The notes under the pieces: generated by a model
Database searches by the model: none
What the model saw: only the letters and a program-made list of their open reading frames with translations
What the model was told of the DNA's origin: nothing
Source: Octopus vulgaris
Lineage: Eukaryota
Reading direction: 5' to 3'
Length of the DNA stretch: 64,000 nt
Assembly (NCBI GenBank): GCA_951406725.2
Contig: OX597823.1
Span: 74,586,001 to 74,650,000, forward strand
Part shown: one piece after another, positions 25,840 to 39,724 of the stretch
Layout: each line of letters opens with the position of its first letter
Numbering within the stretch: the stretch's first letter is position 1
Position numbers and translations under genes: made by a program

Positions 25840-26401
25840 TATGATTCTTGCCGGTGGCTGCTCTATTTCTATGATTTAACTACTTCTGGTTAACAATTTC
25901 TGCATTGACACAGGTCGACCTGAATATGTTAACTATTGTAAGGATAGTAAATAGTTCGCAATTGAAATATCATAATTGCATTCAAATTATTTAATCCGTA
26001 CAAATACATATGAAAAGTATAATTTGATATGTTTTCAACAAATTCTGTTCCACGGTGATTTTTGTATATTTTTGCATCAATCACTAAATCAAAATTTAAA
26101 CCTCTTATATTCTGCAAGAATATTCAATGTTGCGAATCCTTATTTCTTGCCAACAATATTCTCAAATAAAGTACGTCAAAATAAGTAATGAGACAGTTGA
26201 ATCCAAACACAAACTCTGTTTGTTCTACATTGAAAAGGAAATCCAATGGAATCTTATTTAGTAAAACTCTCGATCTACAAAATAATGTTCGTGGTGTGAA
26301 ATATTGGTTACGAATATTTATATATAGAGGTATATATTCTTCATACAATTGGCCGTGATAAAGCTGTAAAATTTATCTCGGTCACAGACCTTTATATACA
26401 C

Positions 26402-26634
<233 letters not shown>

Positions 26635-26839
26635 ATATGTCGATATATATACAAATATATACATATATGCATACGCACACACATATATCATCTTCTTAGG
26701 TTAGTGTTCTGTAAGGCGCCGATTGTCTGACCTTGGAAGATAAGACTCATGGTGTCCCCCCTCCAGCAGGCTGACTCTCTGCGCGTTGTTTGTGTATATG
26801 TATGTACATATTTAAATACATATATGTATGTATGTATGA

Positions 26840-26882
<43 letters not shown>

Positions 26883-27547
26883 TATATATATATGTATACA
26901 CTATTAGTATAATATATATGTATACACATATATACAGCTATATCATATGTATGTATGTATGCATTATTACTGAATTAAATACAGTTATACAATATTGATT
27001 TTCTGCTCACTTTTCTTTTGGAAGTGTTGTGGTTCCAGTGTATTTTTCTGCCAGTTTCATTGAAATGAAGTTTTACATTTCTTATTTCTTCATTTGAGAA
27101 AAAATAAAAGCTTCTAGTTTACTGCATATATATATATAAAAAAACATTTCGACTTTGCAAGCGTGGGTTTCTATTGTTTTTTATTGTATGCAAGTTTGTG
27201 GAGGTGGTTGCAGCTGTTGTCTTTTCTTGCTTGACAATCTTGGTGATGTTTGTAGTGGCGTGAGGCATGGATGTAGAGTTGCTTTTACATGTCTTTATAT
27301 TTGTGTTGATTCTGAAGTTTTTGTTGTCGTTGCTGCTATATTCTTATCTCCCTGCTTAACTGTAGCAGGTAAGAGTAGAAAACAATTTTCATAATATTTC
27401 TTCCGAAGAAAACATTTGCTCCCTTGATTTTAAAAACCATAAATCTTAAAAACACACCATCAAGAATATGAAGAATAACAGCAGCAACAATAACAACTAC
27501 AACAATACAGCAACATCAACAACAACAATAGTATATATAATAATAAT

Positions 27548-27760
27548 CCTTTCTAATATACATAGAAGATCTGAAATCTTTGGTGAAAGGACTAGTCGAA
27601 TACATCGACTCCAGTATTTCACTGGTACTAAATTTATCGACCCCAAAATGATGACAAGCAATCTCGATGTTTACTGAATTTGAACACAGAACATGAAAAC
27701 AGATGAAATGCCACTAAGCATTTCGTCCGGCATGCTAAAGATTCTCCCAACTAGCCGCGT
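27548..27760 (-). mobile_element. SINE family B monomer
   Basis: ctggtactaaatttatcgacccc core; ccactaagcatttcgtccggcatgctaaagattc head. Confidence 0.8.
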
Positions 27761-27761
27761 T

Positions 27762-27822
<61 letters not shown>

Positions 27823-27935
27823 ATACTACTACAAAATAATAATAATAATAATAATAATGATAATAATGATAATAATAATAATCATGATAATGATTATTAT
27901 TATTATCCTTATTGTTATTATTGCTATTATTATTG

Positions 27936-28011
<76 letters not shown>

Positions 28012-28020
28012 TACTATTAT
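27762..28020. repeat. Compound trinucleotide array (AAC)(ACT)(AAT)(ATT)
   Basis: Direct reading. Confidence 0.93.
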
Positions 28021-28364
28021 TTATCCATCCAAATTTATGGAATAACGATATTTCCCTACAGAACAAAAAGGATGTCGACGAGGCTCATCTAGATGCAAAG
28101 GCCAAGTCTTACTCAATCGCATGATCCTTGTGAACTGCCATAACAAACGCAGAAATGTCAGTTCCGCATAGATTTATTATAAAAAGGCAGTATGCTACAT
28201 TCATAGATCTTGAAATTGTTGGATGCCTTCAAAATGTTTCCTGTGATTTCAAACTCCCTGAAACACAATATGTCAGTGTGGAGTACGAATATCCAATTAT
28301 AACAATCTACTGGAGTACTGACCACAAAAAATATTAATATCAACTACGGTATTATTGTTATCAC

Positions 28365-28404
<40 letters not shown>

Positions 28405-28406
<2 letters not shown>

Positions 28407-28860
28407 AATGGCAACGAAGCACAAGGCGTCCAAAGGATGGAAGAAATTGGAACTGAAGCTCACATTATCAGCCTGAAGAAAAGCACAATACCATATTATG
28501 TAAGAACACTAAGAAATATTCTTGAGATTTCAGGAGACGTGTCACATAATAACAAGTTAAATACCTCCTAACTAAATTAGCATATACTCGCGTAATAATA
28601 ATAGAGGCAACAAATCTTAGGGCTAAATGCAGAGGGTACAGGCGTGTTCTTAGCTCCTCAAGTCACAATATTTTGACGTGGACGACAAATAGTCAGAAAA
28701 GAAGGTGAAAATATACGATCCTTTTAAGTACGAAATTGTCCAACTATGGAAAATGCAGAATATGAAGATAGTGCCAACTAATGTCGGGTTTTTGAGGACA
28801 GTATCGGACGGGATCAAGAGGACTACAAACGAAATTGGAATAGAGTGAATTTAGCGAGCA
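28405..28860 (+). mobile_element. R4/Dong-type non-LTR retrotransposon remnants (RLE endonuclease C-terminus)
   Basis: About 28692-28848 translates EKKVKIYDPFKYEIVQLWKMQNMKIVPTNVGFLRTVSDGIKRTTNEIGIE (cf. EKxxKYxDLxxExxRLWxMxxVxVVPxVxGALG). About 28470-28526 translates SLKKSTIPYYVRTLRNILE (cf. LQKxxLLGTARILRKVL). Confidence 0.65.
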
Positions 28861-29455
28861 TTTAAACCAACTAAAAGATTGCTATATGGAATACATAAGA
28901 GCCTTGAGGAATCATGTACAGCTTTTTATGATCCAAACTACTCTTCTAAAAGAGGAACATTTGTTTTAATTTCTCTGTAATTCATTCTTAATGACCTGCA
29001 ACGTTTTCCAGCCAATCTCCTTGCCCGACCTCCTTTCCAGCTCCGTAAAATTATTACGCCAACTACACGTGATGCCTTGGAAGTTCCCTCCGTTGTCAGA
29101 TGCTGGTATTAATAAGAAATCAATTCCATTTGTAATTGCTTCAACTGCAACTCTTACGTTTCTCCGACAAATCGTTCGCCAAAACCAATAGTAACAGCAT
29201 AAATTGTCTTCACACCACGAGATAAATACTTTTGTTACTATCTCTCATTTTGTAAGCTACTCTTTTTACTTCTGTTTTTACCACCTTCTGTGCAGAAACC
29301 TTACTACCACGACGCACCACCCATAAATCACAATTTTCTCATCGTATAGAATTAGAATAGTATAATACAATCCCAAAATTATATAACTCATATGATATAG
29401 TATACCTACCTGAAAATGGATAAATAACACATCGCATACGAAATATAATCTAAAT

Positions 29456-29755
29456 AAATAAATAACAGTACTCGTACAATACAAAATTTTCACTACTAAG
29501 AGAGAAATAAATAACAGTACTCGTACAATACAAAATTTTCACTACTAAGAGAGAAATAAATAACAGTACTCGTACAATACAAAATTTTCACTACTAAGAG
29601 AGAAATAAATAACAGTACTCGTACAATACAAAATTTTCACTACTAAGAGAGAAATAAATAACAGTACTCGTACAATACAAAATTTTCACTACTAAGAGAG
29701 AAATAAATAACAGTACTCGTACAATACAAAATTTTCACTACTAAGAGAGAAATAA
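29456..29755. repeat. Perfect 49-bp minisatellite, 6 copies + 6 bp
   Basis: Unit aaataaataacagtactcgtacaatacaaaattttcactactaagagag, no differences between copies. Confidence 0.97.
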
Positions 29756-29944
29756 CTAAAATGGCAAGAGGATGAATATAACAAACTCTACAGCAACTCA
29801 ACTCTTATGCAGCATCCACACAAACACAATTTTATACGTGAACAGAAAACAATGTGTCACGTATTGCAGGAAAACAGTGATGTTTTTATAAAGTGATGTT
29901 GTATAAAGTGGAAAGGGATTTTGAATATTTGATGACATTAGAAA

Positions 29945-30155
29945 TTATTTCTAATACGGGCACATGTCCATAAATTTGTTGGGAGGAACTTAGCCTATTA
30001 ATCTGTAACAGTATTTGACCAGCGCTTGATTTTATCGACACCAAAGGAACGAACATCAGAGCTGCTGATGAGTTGTTTTCAGTGATTTTTCAAGTTGGGA
30101 CGTAAGACGTCGTTGCTAAATGCCGTTGGGAATTTTGTTCGATGCTGTAACGACT
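29945..30155 (-). mobile_element. Highly degenerate SINE family B
   Basis: ttttatcgacaccaaagga core remnant and tctaatacgggcacatgtcc tail remnant. Confidence 0.5.
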
Positions 30156-31409
30156 ATAAACTATATCAATACTATGAAGGATATATAGGAATTACTACAT
30201 GTTATTTCCCTATAGTATACTTATCGTCGTTCCTTATTATGTAACAGCCTAAACAGTTTGTTATATCGCTCGGTGAAATTTCAAATACGGACTGTATTCT
30301 ATCGTCTCTTTTTTCTTCGAAACTGCGTCACTGCAGCATATTAACTATTGAAATATAAGTTGACCACACAAGTAAAACATAACATTCATCATTGTAACAG
30401 CAATACATTTCAACAAGGATAACGGAATATTGCCAGTAATAAAAAAATAAATGAAACACAAAATAAAATATGACTAATAAATGGGAACAACAACGGTGTT
30501 ATATATTTTCCATGAATTAGAATTGATGGCAGGTTGATAATTAAGTTATAAATTATAATCGAGAGATATATAAGAGAGACTGTGGTACTGGACATTGACA
30601 AATTGAAGCAGCGGTCAAATTATACGGGATAGCTGACGTTTGCAACATTTTTATGTATGAACCTCTGGAATTTTCTATTGCATTGACAAGAACGATTCTT
30701 TTATTTCTGTAATTGCTATTAAATACGTTACTTAGTTGGATTTTCTTGGTAAGTGTCTTGAATGCAAATCGTGTGTTGAAACCGAATTATATGGTGCAAG
30801 TGTTATGATAACATTTTGAAACACATACGTCTGGTTATATTTACATATTTTATTTCCGTGACATTATGCAATACTATTGCAAAATATATAAAAAAAAAGG
30901 AAATACAAATGTGCGTTAAACGGTGTAGATTATTCACCCTCCACACAAACTGTTGTGTACATTATTCTTTGGAAAATGAATCCTTTAGAGAGTGAAAGAT
31001 CAATATTTGTACAACTGACTATCTCGAAGAGACTAACTTTACGGATTGTTGCAGAAGGTGAAATTGAGATAACCATATTATCAGTTCATTACAGTTTGAC
31101 TAATGTCAGGTTAGGCTTCGACAACGTTATCTAATAAATTATGAGCATCTCAATAAATCTTTATGTAGCATATTCTTTTATTCTTTCATTTGTCTCTGCC
31201 ATTCACTCTGGTTATAGTTGGCGAACGCCTTCAGAAGTGTAGTCAATGATTTCATACAAATTATTTCAGTTCGTATTTATAGTATGTGTTCTTTTTCACA
31301 AATCTTTGGGCCATGATTTCATAGGCAATCCAATACTATTTGTTTAAACTTGAGAGGCAATATATAAATCACTCAAACGTACACATACGTGGAGATGTAT
31401 ACATGCAAA

Positions 31410-31427
31410 CACACACACACATACACA

Positions 31428-31517
<90 letters not shown>
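31410..31517. repeat. (CA)n microsatellite
   Basis: Direct reading. Confidence 0.97.
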
Positions 31518-31518
<1 letters not shown>

Positions 31519-32620
31519 CTAAGGATCGGTAAAAATGTTTATAGGTTGTCCAATAGAATATTTACCAAATAAGATTTATACTTCAACATAGTCCCGCTTG
31601 CGGTCCACACACTTCATCCACCTCTGTTTTAATGCTTGCATCCCATTGGTGAAGAAGCTTTCACACCGTTGGTCAAGAAAAATCATCAATAGCAGATATG
31701 ACATCCTCATCACTGCTTGACTGGTTCCCTGCAAATTGTTTTAGTTTTTTCATCGTAACGAAGAGATGATAGGCAGATTGAAACAATTCAGAAGAGTAGG
31801 GAGGTTGATTAACCAGTTCAAAGCCACACTCACGCACAATAGCTATTGAAAGCAAAGACGTCTGTGATGGAATATTTTCCTGATGAAATAAGATCATTTT
31901 TGTCAGTCTTCCTGGGCGTTTTGTCTTGATAACCATTTGTAAACGTCTCAGCAAGTTGTCACTGTACCCTGCATTGATAGTGTGGCCGATTTGGAGATAG
32001 GCAACAAACACGATGCCATCTGCATCCTCCAAAATAATGAAATTACCTTGACCTTTTTGGAACTGGTGACGATAGGTGTTCCCACTTCTTGGACGACTGT
32101 CTTTTTGTCTGGCTTAAAGTGATGGACTCAACAATCATCCTGGTTTAGGAAACAATTACAGTCTCCCGCGAGATGGTCAGTCTGATGTTCTTCCGATCAA
32201 GCAGCCACCAAGCAGAAATATTCGTAAGGCCAAGCTCTATGTACAGTATTGTCTACTCTCTCAAGTCATATGCTAATAGGATTGTGTATTTGATGGATAG
32301 AAAATCGATTATCGTCTATCTGCATGTGATGAACGCGGTTAATGTATTCCTCGGTTGGCATTTGCAGGACACCCATACATTGGGTCATCTTCAAGACTCT
32401 CCCTTCCACTCCTAGATTAAGCTGCCCACTTTTGTACTGTTGATGAAGCCTAATGTAACAACCATGCTAGCAACAATTTCATTAGGAGTAAACCCTTTCT
32501 CTGCATGAAACCAATTCTTTTTCATTCTCAAGAGAAGTAATTAATATATACTTTTGAAGTCTTCTTTGAGCAGTCAGATGTCAGTTTACGGGAACAGAAA
32601 CAATGTAGTTAGGAATGGCT
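31519..32620 (-). mobile_element. Decayed mariner (irritans/Hsmar2-like) element
   Basis: ORF 31673-32032 DADGIVFVAYLQIGHTINAGY...KRPGRLTKMILFHQENIPSQ...GFELVNQPPYSSELFQSAYHLF; catalytic Asp residues degraded. Confidence 0.88.
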
Positions 32621-32659
32621 GCTTACGCCCAGTTTTGTCTGCCAGATTACCTCCACCGT

Positions 32660-32742
32660 TCCGCAAAAGTCGGACCGGGGCTAGAGCACCGGTCACTTGC
32701 CGAAGATTCCACGTGGTAGGAGTGAAATCTTAACCACGCCAT
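32660..32742 (-). mobile_element. SINE family A fragment
   Basis: Minus strand ccacgtggaatcttcggcaagtgaccggtgctctagccccggtccgac resembles the family A post-B-box segment. Confidence 0.55.
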
Positions 32743-33599
32743 TTTGACTGCATCTATCGGAAAATTAATAAAGCAACATGAGGAGATATTTTGTTGGAAG
32801 AGAATCCACTTCAGACCGCTCGATTGAATAAAATCCATGAATGTGATTTATATAGCTCATCGTTTTTACTGGTTTTTAAAAAAAATAAATTGTGTGAAAA
32901 ACATAAAACTTCAGGGCTAAATCGTAAATATGTTGTTAGCTTCAATCAGTCTTCTAATTTTGAGGTAGACGGTGTCTTTGAGCTCGTTTTCTTTCTGTAA
33001 CAGCTTTTTCAATGACAACCTAGCTAGGAATTGTTCAAGATAAGAAACGCGGAACTCTGGTACTAAAGCAATGTATTTCTAGAAACAAAATTCTGTAAAA
33101 TAAACACAAATAACTCCAGCTTAATACGATGTCACAATTTAAGAGTAACTGTTTATTGGCTTATATAATACTAATATCCTCCAACGCATATTTCGTTGGT
33201 AATCGTCAAAGCCGTTTTCCATTAAAGCAGAGACGTGGAATTATATTCGGTGAATACCACATTCGAATTATTTCAATAAATTTTACTGTGAAACTTGACC
33301 GCATGCACCTCTGAATAAAGGGTAATCACGATATGCGTTTGATTAAAGAAAATTCCTTTGATTATTATATCTGCAGAATTTTGTACAAAAGGAAGAAGTT
33401 TTGCAAAGAAAGACTGTCACAAACGCTACTGAAAGTTAAATCCAATTTACTCGTCTAATTGCTCAAGATCGCTTTATTGTGCTCTTTGTTAGAAATGTAA
33501 GATACGGAATCTGGTGACTGGGAGTTCATATATACACACTATAAACACGCGCACGCACACACACGTACAAACCCGGGCACAGGCCTAAATATAAGTATA

Positions 33600-33835
33600 G
33601 CTTTTACCTTTTCTCTTTTAGTTTTTCAGTTATTAGGCTGCGGCCATGCTGAAGTATCATCTTGAAAAATTTAGAGTCGATTGAATTGACCCCAGCACTT
33701 TTCTTCTTAAACCTGGTACTTATTCTCTCGACATCTTTTTTGCGAAACTACTAGCTTAGGGCGACGCAAACACACCAACACCGGTTCTCAAATGATGCTG
33801 CTGACAAAGACACACACACGCGTATATATATATAT
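33600..33835 (-). mobile_element. SINE family A 3' half
   Basis: ctgcggccatgctg...ggtacttattct...gtaaacacacc-like motifs. Confidence 0.75.
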
Positions 33836-33840
33836 TGAGG

Positions 33841-34158
33841 ATTATTATTTCTAATCTCCATAAAGGAGACTAAGGCAGCAGTACTGGGTATTAATAGATA
33901 TCGCCAAGCTAGCATGTCAGTCCTTATCAATAAGGAGTAGCCGAACCCAATAGGAGGAACCTGATGACCGCCCCTGTTCGAAGGTTGTAATGGACACAGG
34001 TCTCTGTGTACATAGCTAGCTAGAGGCGATAGTCTATTGGAGCTAATCAACGGCAGCATTCGTCCTATTTTTCTGGAGTGCTATGTTATCTTAGCAATTA
34101 CTATTAATACTCAGTACTGCATCCGTAGTTTCCTTTAGGGAGATTTAGAAATAACAAT
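33841..34158. mobile_element. About 320-bp element bounded by about 57-bp imperfect inverted repeats
   Basis: 33841-33897 is the imperfect reverse complement of 34101-34158; the interior is repeated, diverged, at 34288-34432. Confidence 0.7.
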
Positions 34159-34621
34159 ATTTTTATTTTTGAAAACCAGTGAATGTGTTCTACTGAATGT
34201 ATATAAAAAAACATTCGAGCATTCGGCTACAGCACATTGAAAATACCCCGGAAACCGTTCTGTGGCTGTTGCACCAGCAGTGGAGAGCTGATGTCCTACC
34301 CTGTTTGAATGTGATAATGGACACAGGTTTGTTTCAGATAGCTAGATAGAAGCTATTGCCTCTTGGAGCTAATCAACGGCAGCATTCGTCCTATTTTTGT
34401 CGACTTCCATGTTAGCTTGTCAATAACTATATATATAGTGTATATTTCGCTTAAAATTAACCTTCACTGAAAGTATCGCTCGCTCGCGATGTTTCGCTTA
34501 AAATGTCGTTAAACATTTATTTTGCTCAAAATGTCATTGCTCAAAGTGAGTGGTACTCGAAATCTCATTTGGTTCTTCCCTCTCGTAGATTGATGTGAAT
34601 GCACAATAGAAAATATTGCTT

Positions 34622-34828
34622 TCTGATATTGGCACAAGACCAGAAAATTTGGGGATGGGCGAAAATCGATAATATCCACCTCGATGATCAACAGGTACTT
34701 ATTTTATCAACGTTGATAGAATGGAAGGCAAAGTCGGTCGAAACGGAATTTGAACTCACAATGTAAAGACGGACGAAATGATGCTGAGCACTCTGCCAGG
34801 CGTCCTGATGATGATGCCAGTTCATCAT
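34622..34828 (-). mobile_element. SINE family B monomer
   Basis: ggtacttattttatcaac...gaaggcaaagtcg...ggaatttgaactca. Confidence 0.8.
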
Positions 34829-36412
34829 CATAATCGTAGGAAATATTAATCACTCAGTTTCTCTGCTGAACTGAATTAACATATTCAATCTAGTCAATTT
34901 TTGGTTTTTAAGAACACAGAAAACAGGTTTTAACTTACCTTTCTCTATTTGTGGATGCTGGTAACACTATTTCGGTAAAAATATTCTCACACTTAAAAAT
35001 GCCATTTTATACGAAACTGCAAATTCTCTACACATATTCAATCACTACTTCCTAAATTGCGGAACGTGGATATAATAGAGAGGAAGTTTTACTTTAGGCA
35101 AACGGATTTGGTTATATATGTATTGAACGGGTAGGGTATTAATAATACAACTGCAAAAGTGATTATACCGAATTATTTAACGAACATAATATATCGAAGC
35201 ATATTCTTGACATTGGATGGTAGGCCTTGAAAGATTTAGATTTCTTTAAAAAAAATTAGGTCCTGCACTGCACGCTAACTGTACGCTTTAAAAAGAATGG
35301 TAATTTAATCAACAACTATGTTCAGCAACAACGTTATGAGCAGTCACTCACACACGCACGCACACACGCATACACACATACACACGCACACACATATACA
35401 CACACTATGCGCACGCGCACACACGCATAAATATATATCAGGTATCGATTAATCTTAATAATTTAATCATCAGAGAACTACAATAATAACAAAACTGCTT
35501 ACGAAGAAGGATTATGAGACAATATTTTGCCTTACAAAAATATCAATTTAAGAAATATATAAAGATAAATATTTTTCGGGCAGTAATCGATCAATAATGT
35601 TGAAACTAAAAATATTTGTGCACAATCGATGCAAGCTAAAGCCAAAATAGAAGATTATACTCCATTTAGTAACAGTGAATACAAAGTAAAAATATTCAAA
35701 AAAAGACAACAGAATTCAAGAAAATTAAACAGACACGCATCTGTTGTCTTTAGCCGAGGCAATTCATAAATCATTGTACCATAACAAAGCTATCTAGAAG
35801 AAGAGGTCAAATATGTTCTGCGATTATCTTAGATGGTTTTTGCAAAATCGGCGGATTTATTCATTTTGAAAAATGCCTAACTGCTCCATTTTCAGAAATG
35901 AATATATCACCCTTGTGATAATTCAATATTAGAAATTCACCGCTATTTTATTAATTTTGCATATTATGTAACAGATTTTTCTTGTACAATTCCAATTCTA
36001 ATTTAAGATTATATTAGTTTAACAAATGGTTTAATGCTATGGAAATTGATAATCCTTTATCGTATTAAAAAGTGAAATATATTCAGACAGATGGAACATC
36101 TCTATATCATTTTAATATCATTAAATGAGATTTGTTTTCTGAAGACTTTCACTGATAAAGGCTAAACTGTCCGTAAATAAATCCTATCTTCATATCTATG
36201 ACTTTGAATACAAACAGACAAACACGTTCGCAAGTATGTATGTGAAAGATACGTATATATATAAATACGCCACAAAACATACAGAGTCCCATTAAAATAT
36301 AATATACCCAAATATAAAAATACATGGTTATACATACACATACACACACGAGTACGCACACACGAAGCGACACACACATAGAGATGTACAAGTGATTATA
36401 AATACGTATCTA

Positions 36413-36445
<33 letters not shown>

Positions 36446-36694
36446 TCGAAAAATTGCGTAGGGATGGATAAATGTTTGGTTAATTTTATTTTAATAATAA
36501 TGGGTAATTTTTATTTTAATAATAATGTCTAGAAAGAGTTACTCTGATATGTATTTCAAGCTTCCAAAACGCCGGCTTCAAACTGAAAATTTTGTTTCAC
36601 TGGTTACTTAATTAGTAATTTGTTTCTTACGAGTATACATACATAAAATATACACAAGGAAAAGTAAAAAATACAATATCTGTGTATAAGAAAT

Positions 36695-36840
36695 TTCTTC
36701 TTCTTCATTCTTCTTCTTCTTCTTCTTCTTCTTCTTCTTCTTCTTCTTCTTCTTCTTCTTCTTCTTCTTCTTCTTCTTCTTCTTCTTCTTCTTCTTCTTT
36801 TTCTCGTCGTCGTCGTCGTCGTCCTCCTCCTCCTCCCTCC
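36695..36840. repeat. (CTT)n(CGT)n(CCT)n compound array
   Basis: Direct reading. Confidence 0.95.
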
Positions 36841-36844
36841 TCTA

Positions 36845-37320
36845 CTTCATCATAGAGATATCTGAAATCATGCTATTCAGTACGAATTTAGGGTGATCAG
36901 ATAGGACATTGATATAATTTAAAGATTTATCAGGCTTTGAATAAATGATTATATGAACCAGCATAGGATACTGACGCATCAGACGCTCACTTCTAGCAGA
37001 AAAAATCCTGATTTTCCGTGTCTCCCAACTTTGTTAAATCGATTTTCTTTACGCTATAATGTGTTATATAAATATCTGGCCATGGTCCTGACTGGACGCT
37101 GCAGCCATGTTAGGATATATAATGGGTAAGATTCGATGTAAGCAATGCGACCTATCCCACCCGAATTCCTTCGTAAAAAGGAACTGTATCTCCCTAGCTA
37201 TCTATATATACCGTCTCAGGCTCTCAGAGCATACTTTATTCTGGTCTATAGATTATGGTTCGACCACACACGGCGCTAACCTACGTGTTTGTAAAGGGCA
37301 TGGCTAAGAATCGCCCTCAG
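36845..37320 (-). mobile_element. Penelope-like element RT remnant
   Basis: Minus strand YSKPDKSLNYINVLSDHPKFVLNSMISDIS matches the PLE RT C-terminal YRKPx(5)YINxxSxHP motif. Confidence 0.6.
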
Positions 37321-38213
37321 TATTATGCCCAAATGATTCATCTTACATAATATATTGTTTGGTGTAATCTTTTCTGGCAGATAAATTGTGTTTCACCATT
37401 GGTCGTTATGTAAAATCATTGTAATTTCTCTTCATTATGAATAAATTTGTCTGGACATTATGTAAATATCTAAATATAATTATAATTTGTCTTCGGAGCT
37501 AAAAGTCATTCTTCACAACGTAGTTTTCTTCAACTTCCGCTCCCTTACCACAACGCTTATTTCTCCCATGCTTATTTGCCTAGACCTCTACCATACATAT
37601 TTGCCTAGACTTTGTCATGACCTCTGACACCCTTAATCGTTTCATTGTCTGTGAGCCACTAGTTTGATTGTCCTCGAAATAAGGCACTACATTTTCGGCA
37701 GGCATGCCTGTAACACTATTTTCTTTTTCTCTTATTTATATCATCTCTTGATGAGGCTTTCTTCTTTCTCTTATCTTGTCTCTTATCTACCCCTTCTATA
37801 TTACAATGTGTACCTGCTTTCTCTCTCCCTTCGCTTTTGTAAATATTCTCCTGAAATGTGTAGTGGGATGCACTGCAATGAATTCATCTCGACAGGTCAC
37901 CGGTTGCATATATAAGACATTATTCACATATCACCAGTAAATTTTGGTTATTACATAACTCTTGGTTGTACATATATGTATAAACCCTAACTGAATTTAT
38001 TTACACAACTATCTGTATATATGTGGACATTTCTATGTATGTAACTATGTTTGTATTTATCTATCTATCTATCTACATGCATACATATACATACATACAT
38101 ACATACACACACGCACATATATATATCTTCTAATATCCGAAAGTTGATGAACAAACTAAATTTTTTCCTCCATTTTATCATTTGTATATATATATATATA
38201 TATATGTATATAC

Positions 38214-38279
<66 letters not shown>

Positions 38280-39652
38280 CACATAATTGTCAGAGAATGA
38301 CAAATTCCGTATGTGTGCGCTGAAATACGAGATACTTACTGAATAAATTAGAAATACCGGATTTAATCATTGAAGCAAAATATAATTGCCCACATACAAC
38401 AGTGATGTGTTATGAATACTACTTTAAAATGGACAGTTACGTAAAATTTGGTAAATTTACTGTTTCACAAAAAATATGAGTAGACGGTAAGGGGATCAGA
38501 TAAAGAATTAACATGAAATAGTTGTAGTTTCACAGCCATATATTAAAACATGACCTTTAAAGTGTGAGATCGATAAAAAATTTAAAATTAGATATATTGT
38601 ACTTGACTCTACATATATCTTGTCATGGCTTTACTTAATTGGTAACCGAATTCAATTGTTTAAATGAAGGCTAAATTATATAGCACTAACATGTAATGCC
38701 TTCAAGAATAAACAAAAAATAACCCATTTCTTAGAACCGTAAATATCTCTGTCTGCTATTGATATTCGAAGAAATATTTCATAAGCGACCAACGCATTTA
38801 CTTCTTGTATAAAATTGTCCATAATTCATTGATACTAACATATGAATTAATACTAATGGATTTTATATTAAATATATATAGACGCCATTTGACAAAATTG
38901 TTGTTGTTTGAGGAAAACACCTTGTGGTATGTTTAATGAACTGTATTCTGTATTCAAATACAAAGGATATCAAATTTGTCTTTCGTTGTTTCCGATGGAA
39001 ATGTGCTGCTGTCGAGCTAATAAACGGAGTTATTCTGATAATTTGCAATCAATTGGTGTGAGTCCGTAAATACTACGTCCCATCCATGAATGGAGCTCTG
39101 ATTACAGATGGAGTGACTACTTGATACACAACAATTTCACATGTATATTATCGATTTCAAACACTATAACACTATCGGCATAAAATCCACTCTACCATTT
39201 TCACACTCCATAAATAGCGGACCCAGGCAGGTATGTGATATGACAAAAGTAGAAAAAAAAAGGATTATTGGATTTTGGCAGCATGTTGTAGAGTATCTTT
39301 CTGTTGAGTCTAACAAGATATAAAAGCTACCAAGTTGCCAGTGATATTTCTAATTTAACCGGCAGTATGTATCTCTTTATCACACATATGCGAGGAAATT
39401 TGTCAATGTCAATTTAAGGTTTCAACGGCAGGATAAAAATATATATTTCGCATGTAAATACTAAAAAGCAATATGCTAAAACGTAGAAATGTGTAGCATT
39501 TACATGCCAAACATTTACATAAAATAAATATTTTGTGTGTAAAGAGCATTGTAAGATATTGTGCATTAGAGTGCAATGGAGTTCATGAAATGTTTACTCC
39601 AAAGCAAAAGCTATAGTTCCACCAAAATCAGTTTATATGTCATACAGGTGAA

Positions 39653-39724
39653 ATGAAAGACACTATTTTTATGCACTACCTAGCAGAAATCATCTTGTGC
39701 CATAGTTTACTTTTTTCCTCAAAT
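39653..39724 (+). CDS. Putative first coding exon of an unrecognised spliced gene (MKDTIFMHYLAEIILCHSLLFSSN)
   Basis: Acceptor catacag| at 39647, ATG at 39653, donor aat|gtatgt (phase 0); upstream donor cag|gtatgt at 39230. Confidence 0.25.

Noticed and set aside
27150-27370. Thr-rich mucin-like reading on the minus strand and a + strand donor cag|gtaaga
   Set aside because: Needs a frameshift across a stop; low complexity; no supporting neighbouring exons
29456-29755. CRISPR-like array
   Set aside because: Units are contiguous and identical with no spacers; eukaryotic context; no cas genes
35440-36100. Possible PLE coding remnant on + strand
   Set aside because: AT-rich and suggestive, but no motif I could align with confidence
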